Shown here: positions 52,315-60,170 of the stretch, piece by piece | Numbering within the stretch: the stretch's first letter is position 1 | Layout of the letters: each line of letters starts with the position of its first letter | DNA from: an uncultured delta proteobacterium | Lineage (GTDB): Bacteria; Desulfobacterota; WTBG01 | Direction of reading: 5' to 3' | Assembly: GCA_963793865.1 (NCBI GenBank) | Contig: CAWCBP010000014.1 | Coordinates: 96,001-160,000, forward strand | Length of the DNA stretch: 64,000 nucleotides | Made by a program: the position numbers and the translations under genes | The notes under the pieces: model-generated | What the model was told of the DNA's origin: nothing | The model's database searches: none | Seen by the model: only the letters and a program-made list of their open reading frames with translations

Positions 52315-53532
52315 ATGTACATGAATAAAAAGAGAGTAAGTCAGGGCAAGGAAAAACAAAAACCCGTGGCAGCCGCTAAAGCCATTAAGAGATCATCACC
52401 GCTTGACCTTTCACGTTCACCCGCCATGAAGGGGCTCATAGCGCAGGCACAGGATATACACAAGGATATCAAAAGCGGCCGCCGCCCGTCGCTGCGGGTG
52501 CCCATCCGCAGCCTGTCCAACGTTTCCTTTTCCAAGGATAAGGGCTTCTTCGCCATCGGCAAGAGGGTGAGCAAGCGGACCCTCTCCTACCAGACCATCA
52601 AGCCCTTTGCCCAGACCGTGCGGATGATGGCCTTTGCCAAGCACCTGATCGACACCAGCGACTTTGCTTCCAAACGTGAAGTCTACTACACCTCCAAGGG
52701 ATCAGCCAAGCGTGGCTCGGAAGCGGGTACGGCAGGATGGGGGCCGGCATCGTTTAAAGAGCAGCCGGAATCTGACACCATCATGGATGACATGGAGGCG
52801 ATGATTGGAGTAAACCGGGAGCAGCTCGGCTTTATTCCCGCCGAGCAGAACGGTTCGGTTGCAGGCGAGCTGATTGTTATCGATATCGACCCCGCCACGG
52901 GTAAAAAGATCGAAATTGACTGCACCGCCTTCGGCAGAGGGAGCTATTCCATTCCTTCGCGTGTGGAAGGCCTGGAGTTTCGCACCAAAGCCAAATTTAT
53001 ACTTGCGGTTGAGACCGCGGCGCTTTTCGAGCGCTTAAACGGTCACGCCTACTGGCGGGACGCAAAATGTATCATCGTGGCCATGGGCGGTGTTCCCACC
53101 CGGGCAAACCGGCGGTTTGTCCGGCTGCTGTCCGATTCCTGCAGGCTGCCGGTCTATGTTTTCACCGATGGTGACCCCTATGGTTACGGCAATATTTACC
53201 GCACCATGAAGGTGGGCTCCGGCAATGCGGCTCACATCAATGAGTTCTTCTGCGTGCCCCGGGCAAAGCTGATCGGTGTCACGCCCCAGGACATCGTGGA
53301 TTACAACCTGCCTACCCATCCCCTGGAAGACAAGGATAAGAAGCGCGCCCAGGATGCGATCAAAAATGATCCCTTCTTCAAGAACAACAAACAGTGGGTG
53401 CAGGCATTGCAGGAAATGGTCAAGATGGGCGTGCGCGTCGAGCAGCAGGCATTTGCCGCGCGCGGGCTCAATTACGTCATGGAGACCTACCTTCCCGAGA
53501 AGCTGGGCAATCCCTCCAAGATGCTTCCATAG
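52315..53532 (+). CDS. top6A: DNA topoisomerase VI subunit A (Spo11-like)
   Basis: SKREVYY catalytic Tyr, Q.ESD..MDD.E, TOPRIM AVE...FTDGDPYG, EQQAF. Confidence 0.95.
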   Translation: MYMNKKRVSQGKEKQKPVAAAKAIKRSSPLDLSRSPAMKGLIAQAQDIHKDIKSGRRPSLRVPIRSLSNVSFSKDKGFFAIGKRVSKRTLSYQTIKPFAQTVRMMAFAKHLIDTSDFASKREVYYTSKGSAKRGSEAGTAGWGPASFKEQPESDTIMDDMEAMIGVNREQLGFIPAEQNGSVAGELIVIDIDPATGKKIEIDCTAFGRGSYSIPSRVEGLEFRTKAKFILAVETAALFERLNGHAYWRDAKCIIVAMGGVPTRANRRFVRLLSDSCRLPVYVFTDGDPYGYGNIYRTMKVGSGNAAHINEFFCVPRAKLIGVTPQDIVDYNLPTHPLEDKDKKRAQDAIKNDPFFKNNKQWVQALQEMVKMGVRVEQQAFAARGLNYVMETYLPEKLGNPSKMLP

Positions 53533-53616
53533 GCCTTACTCGAATTCGAGACATGATATTAGAAAAAATTCTGCAGCACTGCAACCCTGGTAGGGACTTA
53601 GGCTAACATTTTTATC

Positions 53617-53644
53617 TTGACATCAACTCAGTTTTTGGTAAATT
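53617..53644 (+). promoter_or_regulatory. Putative sigma70 promoter upstream of the RNA-repeat array
   Basis: TTGACA (53617-22), 16 bp, TG-G-TAAATT. Confidence 0.5.
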
Positions 53645-53704
53645 AAATCTACACTTCAAAGATGAGTTTACTTTGAAGTGCCTATAATTGAATATAATGC
53701 TAAT

Positions 53705-53790
53705 GGGTCTAGAAACTTTCGTTTCTAGAGGTTAAAGCTGTCGATAGTCGGGCCGCTATCTGAAAATTCAGAGGGCGTCCCTTTTCTTTT
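53705..53790 (+). ncRNA. Riboswitch-like structured RNA with terminator, copy 1 of 3
   Basis: GGG, hairpin TCTAGAAAC/GTTTCTAGA, GGTTAAA, GATAG-TCGGGCCG-CTATC, then terminator GGGCCGCTATCTGA/TCAGAGGGCGTCCC + TTTTCTTTT. Confidence 0.75.
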
Positions 53791-53877
53791 GTCCGGAGAG
53801 CGAGAATAAAGGAGGAAATTACGAGTTAATCGCAAATTGTAATAATACATTTTATTAATAATTGAATAGAGTTTCAC

Positions 53878-53964
53878 GGGTCTAGAAGCAATTGTTTCTA
53901 GAGGTTAAATGCTGTTGATAGCCGGGCCGCTATCTGAAAATTCAGAGGGCGTCCCTTTTCTTTT
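53878..53964 (+). ncRNA. Riboswitch-like structured RNA with terminator, copy 2 of 3
   Basis: Same architecture; first stem TCTAGAAGC/GTTTCTAGA keeps pairing through a G-U wobble; different loop (AATT). Confidence 0.75.
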
Positions 53965-54041
53965 GTCCGGACGGGCACAGTGCAGGAGGAAGTAACGGGT
54001 TAATCATAAATTGCGTTGATAAAATTGAAGAGAGTTTCAAC

Positions 54042-54130
54042 GGGTCCAGAAACGGTTGTTTCTGGAGGTTAAATTCTGTTGATAGCCGGGCCGCTATCTG
54101 AAAATTCAGAGGGCGTCCCTTTTCTTTTTT
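54042..54130 (+). ncRNA. Riboswitch-like structured RNA with terminator, copy 3 of 3
   Basis: Same architecture; compensatory T-A to C-G change (TCCAGAAAC/GTTTCTGGA); loop GGTT. Confidence 0.75.
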
Positions 54131-54202
54131 CAGGAGTCAGATTCTGGGGACTTTATTAAGGTGTGTACCTCATGCATCAATTAATTATGAGGAGGAACAA
54201 GG

Positions 54203-54376
54203 ATGAAATCTTTTAAAGAAGTGATCTTAGGTCTTGTAATAGGTGGTGGTTTTATTTTGATCCTCGCTGGTATCGAAGCCTTCAATCTGGGGAACAAGTG
54301 GTATCCTGCATATTTCATAACTGGTGCTATCATTGCGGTGGGATTCCTTAAACTCTCAACAAAAGTTATCAAATAG
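54203..54376 (+). CDS. Small 2-TM membrane protein, 57 aa (absent from ORF track)
   Basis: GAGGAGG SD; MKSFKEVILGLVIGGGFILILAGIEAFNLGNKWYPAYFITGAIIAVGFLKLSTKVIK; paralog of next gene. Confidence 0.85.
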   Translation: MKSFKEVILGLVIGGGFILILAGIEAFNLGNKWYPAYFITGAIIAVGFLKLSTKVIK

Positions 54377-54425
54377 TAACAAGTAGCGAACATCAAACAT
54401 TCATTATTTGAAAGGAGAAACAAAG

Positions 54426-54620
54426 ATGAAGATTTTAAAAGATTGGATGTTAGGTATTTGCATTGGTGGTGGCATTGTATTGATTTTATTGGGTCTGCAA
54501 GCTGTAACCAGGGGAAATAAGTGGTGGCCTGCATATTTTATAGCCGGTGCTATCATTGCCGCAGGATTCATTAAAGTCGCGATCAATGATTATTTAAAGG
54601 AGAAAATAGGAGCACGATAG
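54426..54620 (+). CDS. Small 2-TM membrane protein, 64 aa
   Basis: AAGGAG SD; MKILKDWMLGICIGGGIVLILLGLQAVTRGNKWWPAYFIAGAIIAAGFIKVAINDYLKEKIGAR. Confidence 0.85.
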   Translation: MKILKDWMLGICIGGGIVLILLGLQAVTRGNKWWPAYFIAGAIIAAGFIKVAINDYLKEKIGAR

Positions 54621-54782
54621 ATTTTATCGTTGTTTGCCTATTTGCGGTTCTGTGTGGTATAATATCTCTTCAGCTCTTTACTGAAAGGGCTGTGGGGAGG
54701 CTTTGCCGTCTTGTCAGGAAGGTGACTTATGTGTGCGAGGAAACGGGGGTGCGTGCAGCACTACAATCGTCAGCCGGGAAGA

Positions 54783-55487
54783 ATGATTTTATATTTAATG
54801 ATGGCAGTCATTCTCGTGGTTATTTTTCAGAGCCCGGCAGGCGCCGGGGAAGGGGAGGTATATGACCCCGCGGTGATCGAGGCCTTCTACAGCAAAATCA
54901 TTCGCAATCCTATAGAGATTGATGGCGATCCATACAGGGTTCTGCAGGATGAAGACCTGATTGAGTACCCGGAAGAAGCAGTCTGCGCCATTCAATATGA
55001 AGATGACCGCATTCACTATGAAATTGCTACCTTCGATGACGAGGCCGCCGCTCAAGACAGCGGCTATATAGTGACGCACAAGGGGCATTGCGGTACCTGT
55101 TCCACCCTGCAGGATCTTGCCACCTATCTCTACCACCGGGATCTGACCACGCCGGTGAGGAGGTGCTCCGCGCTGGTGTGGTTCCCCGCCTGGAGCATGC
55201 ATTGCCTGGAGGAGCTGGGGTTCAGTTCGGAATGTGCGGAAACCTGGTATTACAACGCGAAGAATACGGCGCGCGAGTGCCTGTGGCCCTGCCTGGAATC
55301 CTGGATGCATAAAGAGCCCTTTAACAAGCCTGATGGCAGCCTGAACGACTGCCTTGCCTGCGATGAAGAGTGTTCAGGCCCGATTTTCAAGTATGTTGCC
55401 GGCCGCACGCGGCGGAACTCGGGCATCCGCTCTGAAATCGACAGGCCGGAGGACGAGGTGTATCCCATTGTGCATGATTATTATTGA
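54783..55487 (+). CDS. Secreted cysteine-rich hypothetical protein
   Basis: Signal peptide; THKGHCGTCSTLQDLATY...CAETWYYN...CLACDEECSGPIFKYVAGRTRRNSG. Confidence 0.8.
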   Translation: MILYLMMAVILVVIFQSPAGAGEGEVYDPAVIEAFYSKIIRNPIEIDGDPYRVLQDEDLIEYPEEAVCAIQYEDDRIHYEIATFDDEAAAQDSGYIVTHKGHCGTCSTLQDLATYLYHRDLTTPVRRCSALVWFPAWSMHCLEELGFSSECAETWYYNAKNTARECLWPCLESWMHKEPFNKPDGSLNDCLACDEECSGPIFKYVAGRTRRNSGIRSEIDRPEDEVYPIVHDYY

Positions 55488-55580
55488 TACTCCGCATTGG
55501 TAAGAGGAAAGTACTACCGTAAGGGCTGTGCTCTTTGCAAGCGCGGCCCTTGTTTTATTCTCGCAGGCTGACTTCCCGGG

Positions 55581-55760
55581 TGTTATCCCCGCGGAAGCGG
55601 GGATCCAGGTCAAATCCAAATGCAGGGGCGACCGGCCGGTCGCCCCTACGCATCAGACACTATTTTCGTGTTAAATACCCATGCCCCCTGGGGGTACCAC
55701 GAAAATTGAAAATGCAATTCTATAGACGGGTCATTCTGCAGCATGACCGCAGAATCCAGG
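55581..55760. repeat. Cluster of REP-like palindromes
   Basis: GTTATCCCCGCGGAAGCGGGGATCCAG, GCAGGGGCGACCGGCCGGTCGCCCCTAC, GTCATTCTGC...GCAGAATCCAG. Confidence 0.7.
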
Positions 55761-55888
55761 ATTGTATTTTTGCTATTGACACTAAGCTTTGCTTCATTTT
55801 ATAGTACCGCGCCACACAGCACGTGCTTATACTATATCGATCTATTGAGAAGGAAAAGTTACCTGAGCGGGATAAGGAAGGAGAAAAA

Positions 55889-57709
55889 ATGGATGCGCCT
55901 ACTCAAAACCATGAACTGAAGAAATGGGTCGAGGAGATGGCACGCATGTGCAGGCCGGACACGGTCTACTGGTGCGACGGCTCGGAGGAGGAGGCGGAGC
56001 GGCTGAAGCGGGAGGCCATCTCGACCGGCGAGTTGATTGAGCTGAACCAGGTGCTCATGCCCGGGTGCGTGCTCCACCGCACGGCCTTGAACGACGTTGC
56101 CCGTACCGAAGATCTGACCTTCATCTGCACGGATCGGAAAGAGGACGCAACTCCCGTCAACAACTGGAAGAGCCGGGAGGAAGGCTACGCCGAGGCCCGG
56201 GAGTATTTCAAGAACTCCATGCAAGGACGGACCATGTACGTCGTCCCTTTCAGCATGGGGCCCGTGGGTTCGCCCTTTGCCAAATACGGGGTTGAGCTCA
56301 CCGACTCCATTTACGTGGTCCTCAACATGCGGATCATGACCCGCATGGGGAAGAGGGTACTGGACGCCATCGGCGGGAGCGGTGAATTCACCCGCTGCCT
56401 TCATGGGAAGGCACAGCTTGATTTAAGCCGGCGCCGCATCATGCACTTTCCCGAGGACAACGCCATCTGGAGCGTCAACTCCGGATACGGCGGCAATGTG
56501 CTGCTGGGCAAGAAGTGCCTGGCGCTGCGCATTGCCAGCTGGCTTGCCCGCAAGGAGGGCTGGCTGGCCGAGCACATGCTCATCCTGGGGATCGAGGAGC
56601 CGGGAGGACACACCGAGTATATTGCCGCGGCCTTCCCCTCGGCCTGCGGCAAGACCAACCTGGCCATGCTGGTTCCGCCTGAGGGACTGCGCAGCAAGGG
56701 CTACCGCATCTGGACCGTGGGCGACGACATCGCCTGGCTGCGGATCGGCAAGGACGGAAGGCTCTGGGCGGTGAATCCGGAGTCCGGCTGTTTCGGCGTG
56801 GCCCCCGGAACCAACAGCAAGTCCAACCCTAACATGATGGCGGCCATCAGGAAGAACACCATCTTTACCAACGTCGTGCTCCGCGATGATGAAACGGTTT
56901 GGTGGGAGGGTCACGATGACCCGGCGCCGGTCGAGGCGTTGGACTGGACAGGGAAGCGCTGGTCCCCGGACCTGAAGGACGACAAGGGCAACCCCGTTCC
57001 CGGGGCCAACAGCAACTCCCGCTTCACTGTGCCCATTGACCAGGTTCCCACCCGCTCCAACCGCCTTGACATGCTGGAGGGCGTGCCCATTTCCGCGTTT
57101 ATCTTCGGCGGACGGCGTTCCCGTCTCGCTCCGCTTATCTTCCAGGCCTACAACTGGAACCATGGGGTCTTTGTTGCGGCCTCCATGGCCTCCGAGCGAA
57201 CGGCGGCCCAGTATGGAAAGCAGGGAGAGATCCGCTACGACCCCATGGCCATGCTTCCCTTTGCCGGCTATAACATGGGTGACTACTTGCGCCACTGGCT
57301 CGACATGGGAATGCGCATCCCCAATCCCCCGCTCATCTTCCTTGTCAACTGGTTTCGCCAGGATGATCAGGGAAGATATTTGTGGCCCGGCTTCGGCGAA
57401 AACCTCCGCGTCCTCGAATGGGTCCTCCAGCGCCGGCGCGAGGAGGTGGCCGCGGTGCAGACCCCCATCGGTTATCTCCCCAACGAGGGCGCGCTTGACA
57501 TGACCGGACTCGACATCCCGCGGGAGCAGATGGATCAGCTCTTTGCCGTAGACCAGCGGGGATGGCTCAAGGAATGCGACGACGTCAAGGCCTTCTTCAA
57601 CTCCCTGGGCGATCGCATGCCCCAGCGTCTTCATGATGAGCTGGAGCAGCTCCGCTACCGCCTCCGCCGCTGCTGCGGGCCTCAGGGACGGTTCCACATG
57701 GTCTGGTGA
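55889..57709 (+). CDS. pckG: Phosphoenolpyruvate carboxykinase (GTP)
   Basis: SGYGGNVLLGKKCLALRIAS, WLAEHM, FPSACGKTNLAM, GDDIAW, NWFR, WPGFGEN. Confidence 0.97.
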   Translation: MDAPTQNHELKKWVEEMARMCRPDTVYWCDGSEEEAERLKREAISTGELIELNQVLMPGCVLHRTALNDVARTEDLTFICTDRKEDATPVNNWKSREEGYAEAREYFKNSMQGRTMYVVPFSMGPVGSPFAKYGVELTDSIYVVLNMRIMTRMGKRVLDAIGGSGEFTRCLHGKAQLDLSRRRIMHFPEDNAIWSVNSGYGGNVLLGKKCLALRIASWLARKEGWLAEHMLILGIEEPGGHTEYIAAAFPSACGKTNLAMLVPPEGLRSKGYRIWTVGDDIAWLRIGKDGRLWAVNPESGCFGVAPGTNSKSNPNMMAAIRKNTIFTNVVLRDDETVWWEGHDDPAPVEALDWTGKRWSPDLKDDKGNPVPGANSNSRFTVPIDQVPTRSNRLDMLEGVPISAFIFGGRRSRLAPLIFQAYNWNHGVFVAASMASERTAAQYGKQGEIRYDPMAMLPFAGYNMGDYLRHWLDMGMRIPNPPLIFLVNWFRQDDQGRYLWPGFGENLRVLEWVLQRRREEVAAVQTPIGYLPNEGALDMTGLDIPREQMDQLFAVDQRGWLKECDDVKAFFNSLGDRMPQRLHDELEQLRYRLRRCCGPQGRFHMVW

Positions 57710-57823
57710 TATGTTTTTGATACTATGGTGGGCGCGGTGGGACTCGGTTTGGAAGAGGGCTGAATGACCCTGCTTCATGAGCCATGCAATAAGGAATAAA
57801 GACTGCAAACGGAAAGGAACATA

Positions 57824-58558
57824 ATGATCGCCCGCACGGTTGATACTCTTCTGCGCGACAAAAAAGACGTTCCGGCGGCATTTAATATAATTGCGCGTCG
57901 ATATGACCTTGCAACATGTCTGAGCCAGGGATACCAGCAGGATTTGCAGACCAGCGTCGACCGGATGAAGCTGAAGGGGAATGAACTCGTTGCCGACCTC
58001 TGTTGCGGAACAGGAAAGTCAACCATTGCCTGCCTCAATAATCTTCCCGATGGTACCGTCATCGGGATTGATAATTCAGAGGGCATGCTGCGGGTCGCAC
58101 GGGAAAAACTGTCTGCACAGGTTGAAAACGCAAAAGTGCGTTTCGTTCAGAATGATGTCATGAATCTCACCCCGGATGACGTCCGTTATGACGCAATTTT
58201 CATGGCCTACGGAATCAGGAATATGCCGGACGCGGCAAGGTGCATTAGAAATCTCCACCGCCTGCTCAAGCCCGGCGGAACAATCTGTTTTCATGAATAC
58301 GCCATCAATAAATCCTTCTTCTCACGGCTTTACTGGAGATGCATAGGCTATGGGTTCATACTCCCCTTCGCGGGATTACTAACCGGTTCAACGGCAATCT
58401 TTCGGTACCTTATTACGAGTGTTGAACATTTTCTTTCCCCGGAGGGGTTCACCGCCCTCTTACGGCAGGAGGGCTTTGAAGACGTAACTCATGCTCCGCT
58501 CGTGAGCTGGCGAAAACCGATTATCCACACCTTCCTGGCACACAAACCTTTATCATGA
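57824..58558 (+). CDS. Class I SAM-dependent methyltransferase (UbiE/CrtT-like)
   Basis: DLCCGTG, GIDNSEGML, AYGIRN, LLKPGG..FHEY. Confidence 0.85.
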   Translation: MIARTVDTLLRDKKDVPAAFNIIARRYDLATCLSQGYQQDLQTSVDRMKLKGNELVADLCCGTGKSTIACLNNLPDGTVIGIDNSEGMLRVAREKLSAQVENAKVRFVQNDVMNLTPDDVRYDAIFMAYGIRNMPDAARCIRNLHRLLKPGGTICFHEYAINKSFFSRLYWRCIGYGFILPFAGLLTGSTAIFRYLITSVEHFLSPEGFTALLRQEGFEDVTHAPLVSWRKPIIHTFLAHKPLS

Positions 58559-60075
58559 CCATGGGCCTCACATCCCTCATCGCACACGCTATCGAGAAGA
58601 AGCTCGGAGGCTACAAAATCCGGCTCAATACCATCGACACCGGACTTCCCGAAAAACTGTCGAAGGAAAAGAGTGTCGGCATTATCGGCGGGGGACTGGC
58701 GGGAGTTTCCGCGGCGCTTTTTCTTGCCGAGAGGGGGTTCGCGGTAAAGATTTTTGAAAAGGAAGCATATCTGGGCGGGAAGGTCGGTTCCTGGCCCGTC
58801 ACCTTTGATGACGGATTTTCAGCTCAGGTTGAGCATGGCTTTCACGCATTCTTCAGGCAATACCACAATCTCCGCAACCTGTTGAAAAAAATCGATGCCT
58901 ATAAAAACCTCATTCCGGTGGATGACTACGTTATTTTTACCCTGAAACACGGCAATTTTGCTTTCAAGGACATCAGCAGCATTCCGATCCTGAACATTCT
59001 GAGCATGGCCGGGACGGGCATTTATTCCTACACCGACGCCGTAACCAATCCCGGCTATAGGAAAATGATTTCGCTGCTGCGCTACAACCGGGAGAAAACA
59101 TTTGCCCAATTTGACGCGGTTTCCTTTCAGGATTTTGCCGAACGGGTTAAATTGACGCCGCAGATGAAGCTGATGTTCACCACATTCGCGCGGGCGTTTT
59201 TCGCCGAACCCCGGTACATGTCCATGGCGGAGATGATCAAAAGCTTTCACGCCTATTTTCTCAGCAATGACCTCGGGCTCTTATATGATGTGCTTGACGA
59301 CGATTTTGACGAAACGCTCTGGAACCCGGTCCGGCAATACGCGCAGAAATACCGGATCGGGATTTCGCTCGGCACTCCGGTCAGTTCGTTCAGCAAAGAG
59401 GGGAACAGCTTTGTGATCAACGGTGAAAGGTTTGACTACGCGATCATCGCCGCGGACGTGAAGGGAACAAAGGGCATCATGGGCCGTTCCGATTACTTTA
59501 AACATAAGCACCCGGACTTCTTCAATCGCCTGACCGCCCTGAAACAATCCCAGCGGTATTCGGTATTGCGCGTCTGGATTGACAAAGATATCAGACCGGA
59601 TGTGCCGTTTTTTGTTTTCACCGATGCGCTGCAAATACTTGATTCGGTGACCGTTTACCACCGGATGGAGAAGGCCAGCCGGGCATGGGTTCAGAAAAAC
59701 GGCGGAGGAATTTTTGAATTTCATTCATATGCGCTGCCGGACGATTTCCCTGAAAAGGACGTTCGCAACCAGTTTCTCAAGGAATGTGAGGCGTATTTCC
59801 CCGAAATGAAAGGCTGCACCGTTCACTATGAACATCTGCAGATTAGGGATGACTTCACCGCCTTCCATACGAATCTTTATAAACAGCGGCCGGAGGTAAA
59901 AACCGAGGTTGACAATCTTTTTCTGGCCGGAGACTGGGTTAAGCTTGATAATCCCGCGATGCTGATGGAGGCCGCGGTGACCTCGGCGCTGTGTGCCGCG
60001 AATTTGATTTTCAAAGAGGAAGGATTACGGGAAGAACCTGTTTATTCAGTGCCTTTGAAGGGTCTGTTTGCGTAA
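58555..60075 (+). CDS. FAD-dependent carotenoid oxidoreductase, CrtU (isorenieratene synthase)-like
   Basis: GGGLAG..AA..LAERG...LGGKVGSWP...HGFHAFFRQYHNLR; FFAEP..MS.AE...FHAYFL...GLLYDV; LAGDWV....AMLMEAAVTS. Confidence 0.8.
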   Translation: MTMGLTSLIAHAIEKKLGGYKIRLNTIDTGLPEKLSKEKSVGIIGGGLAGVSAALFLAERGFAVKIFEKEAYLGGKVGSWPVTFDDGFSAQVEHGFHAFFRQYHNLRNLLKKIDAYKNLIPVDDYVIFTLKHGNFAFKDISSIPILNILSMAGTGIYSYTDAVTNPGYRKMISLLRYNREKTFAQFDAVSFQDFAERVKLTPQMKLMFTTFARAFFAEPRYMSMAEMIKSFHAYFLSNDLGLLYDVLDDDFDETLWNPVRQYAQKYRIGISLGTPVSSFSKEGNSFVINGERFDYAIIAADVKGTKGIMGRSDYFKHKHPDFFNRLTALKQSQRYSVLRVWIDKDIRPDVPFFVFTDALQILDSVTVYHRMEKASRAWVQKNGGGIFEFHSYALPDDFPEKDVRNQFLKECEAYFPEMKGCTVHYEHLQIRDDFTAFHTNLYKQRPEVKTEVDNLFLAGDWVKLDNPAMLMEAAVTSALCAANLIFKEEGLREEPVYSVPLKGLFA

Positions 60076-60170
60076 TTCGTCTCAACCGGCGTTGAAGAGC
60101 TTACTTCTTGACCGGCGCGTCGCTCGCTTCGTGAGCGGTGATTGCCGGGGGTATCGGTCAGGGGAAACAT

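Noticed and set aside
53705..54130. CRISPR array or type III TA antitoxin repeats
   Set aside because: Units are ~87 nt, the spacers are homologous to each other, each unit ends in a terminator, and no cas or ToxN-like gene is adjacent.
53705..54130. c-di-GMP-I (GEMM) riboswitch, suggested by ACGGGTCTA...GATAGCCGGG
   Set aside because: The upstream GGCAAA..GNRA..GGGACGCAAA half is absent, so it is only a partial resemblance; left to an Rfam search.
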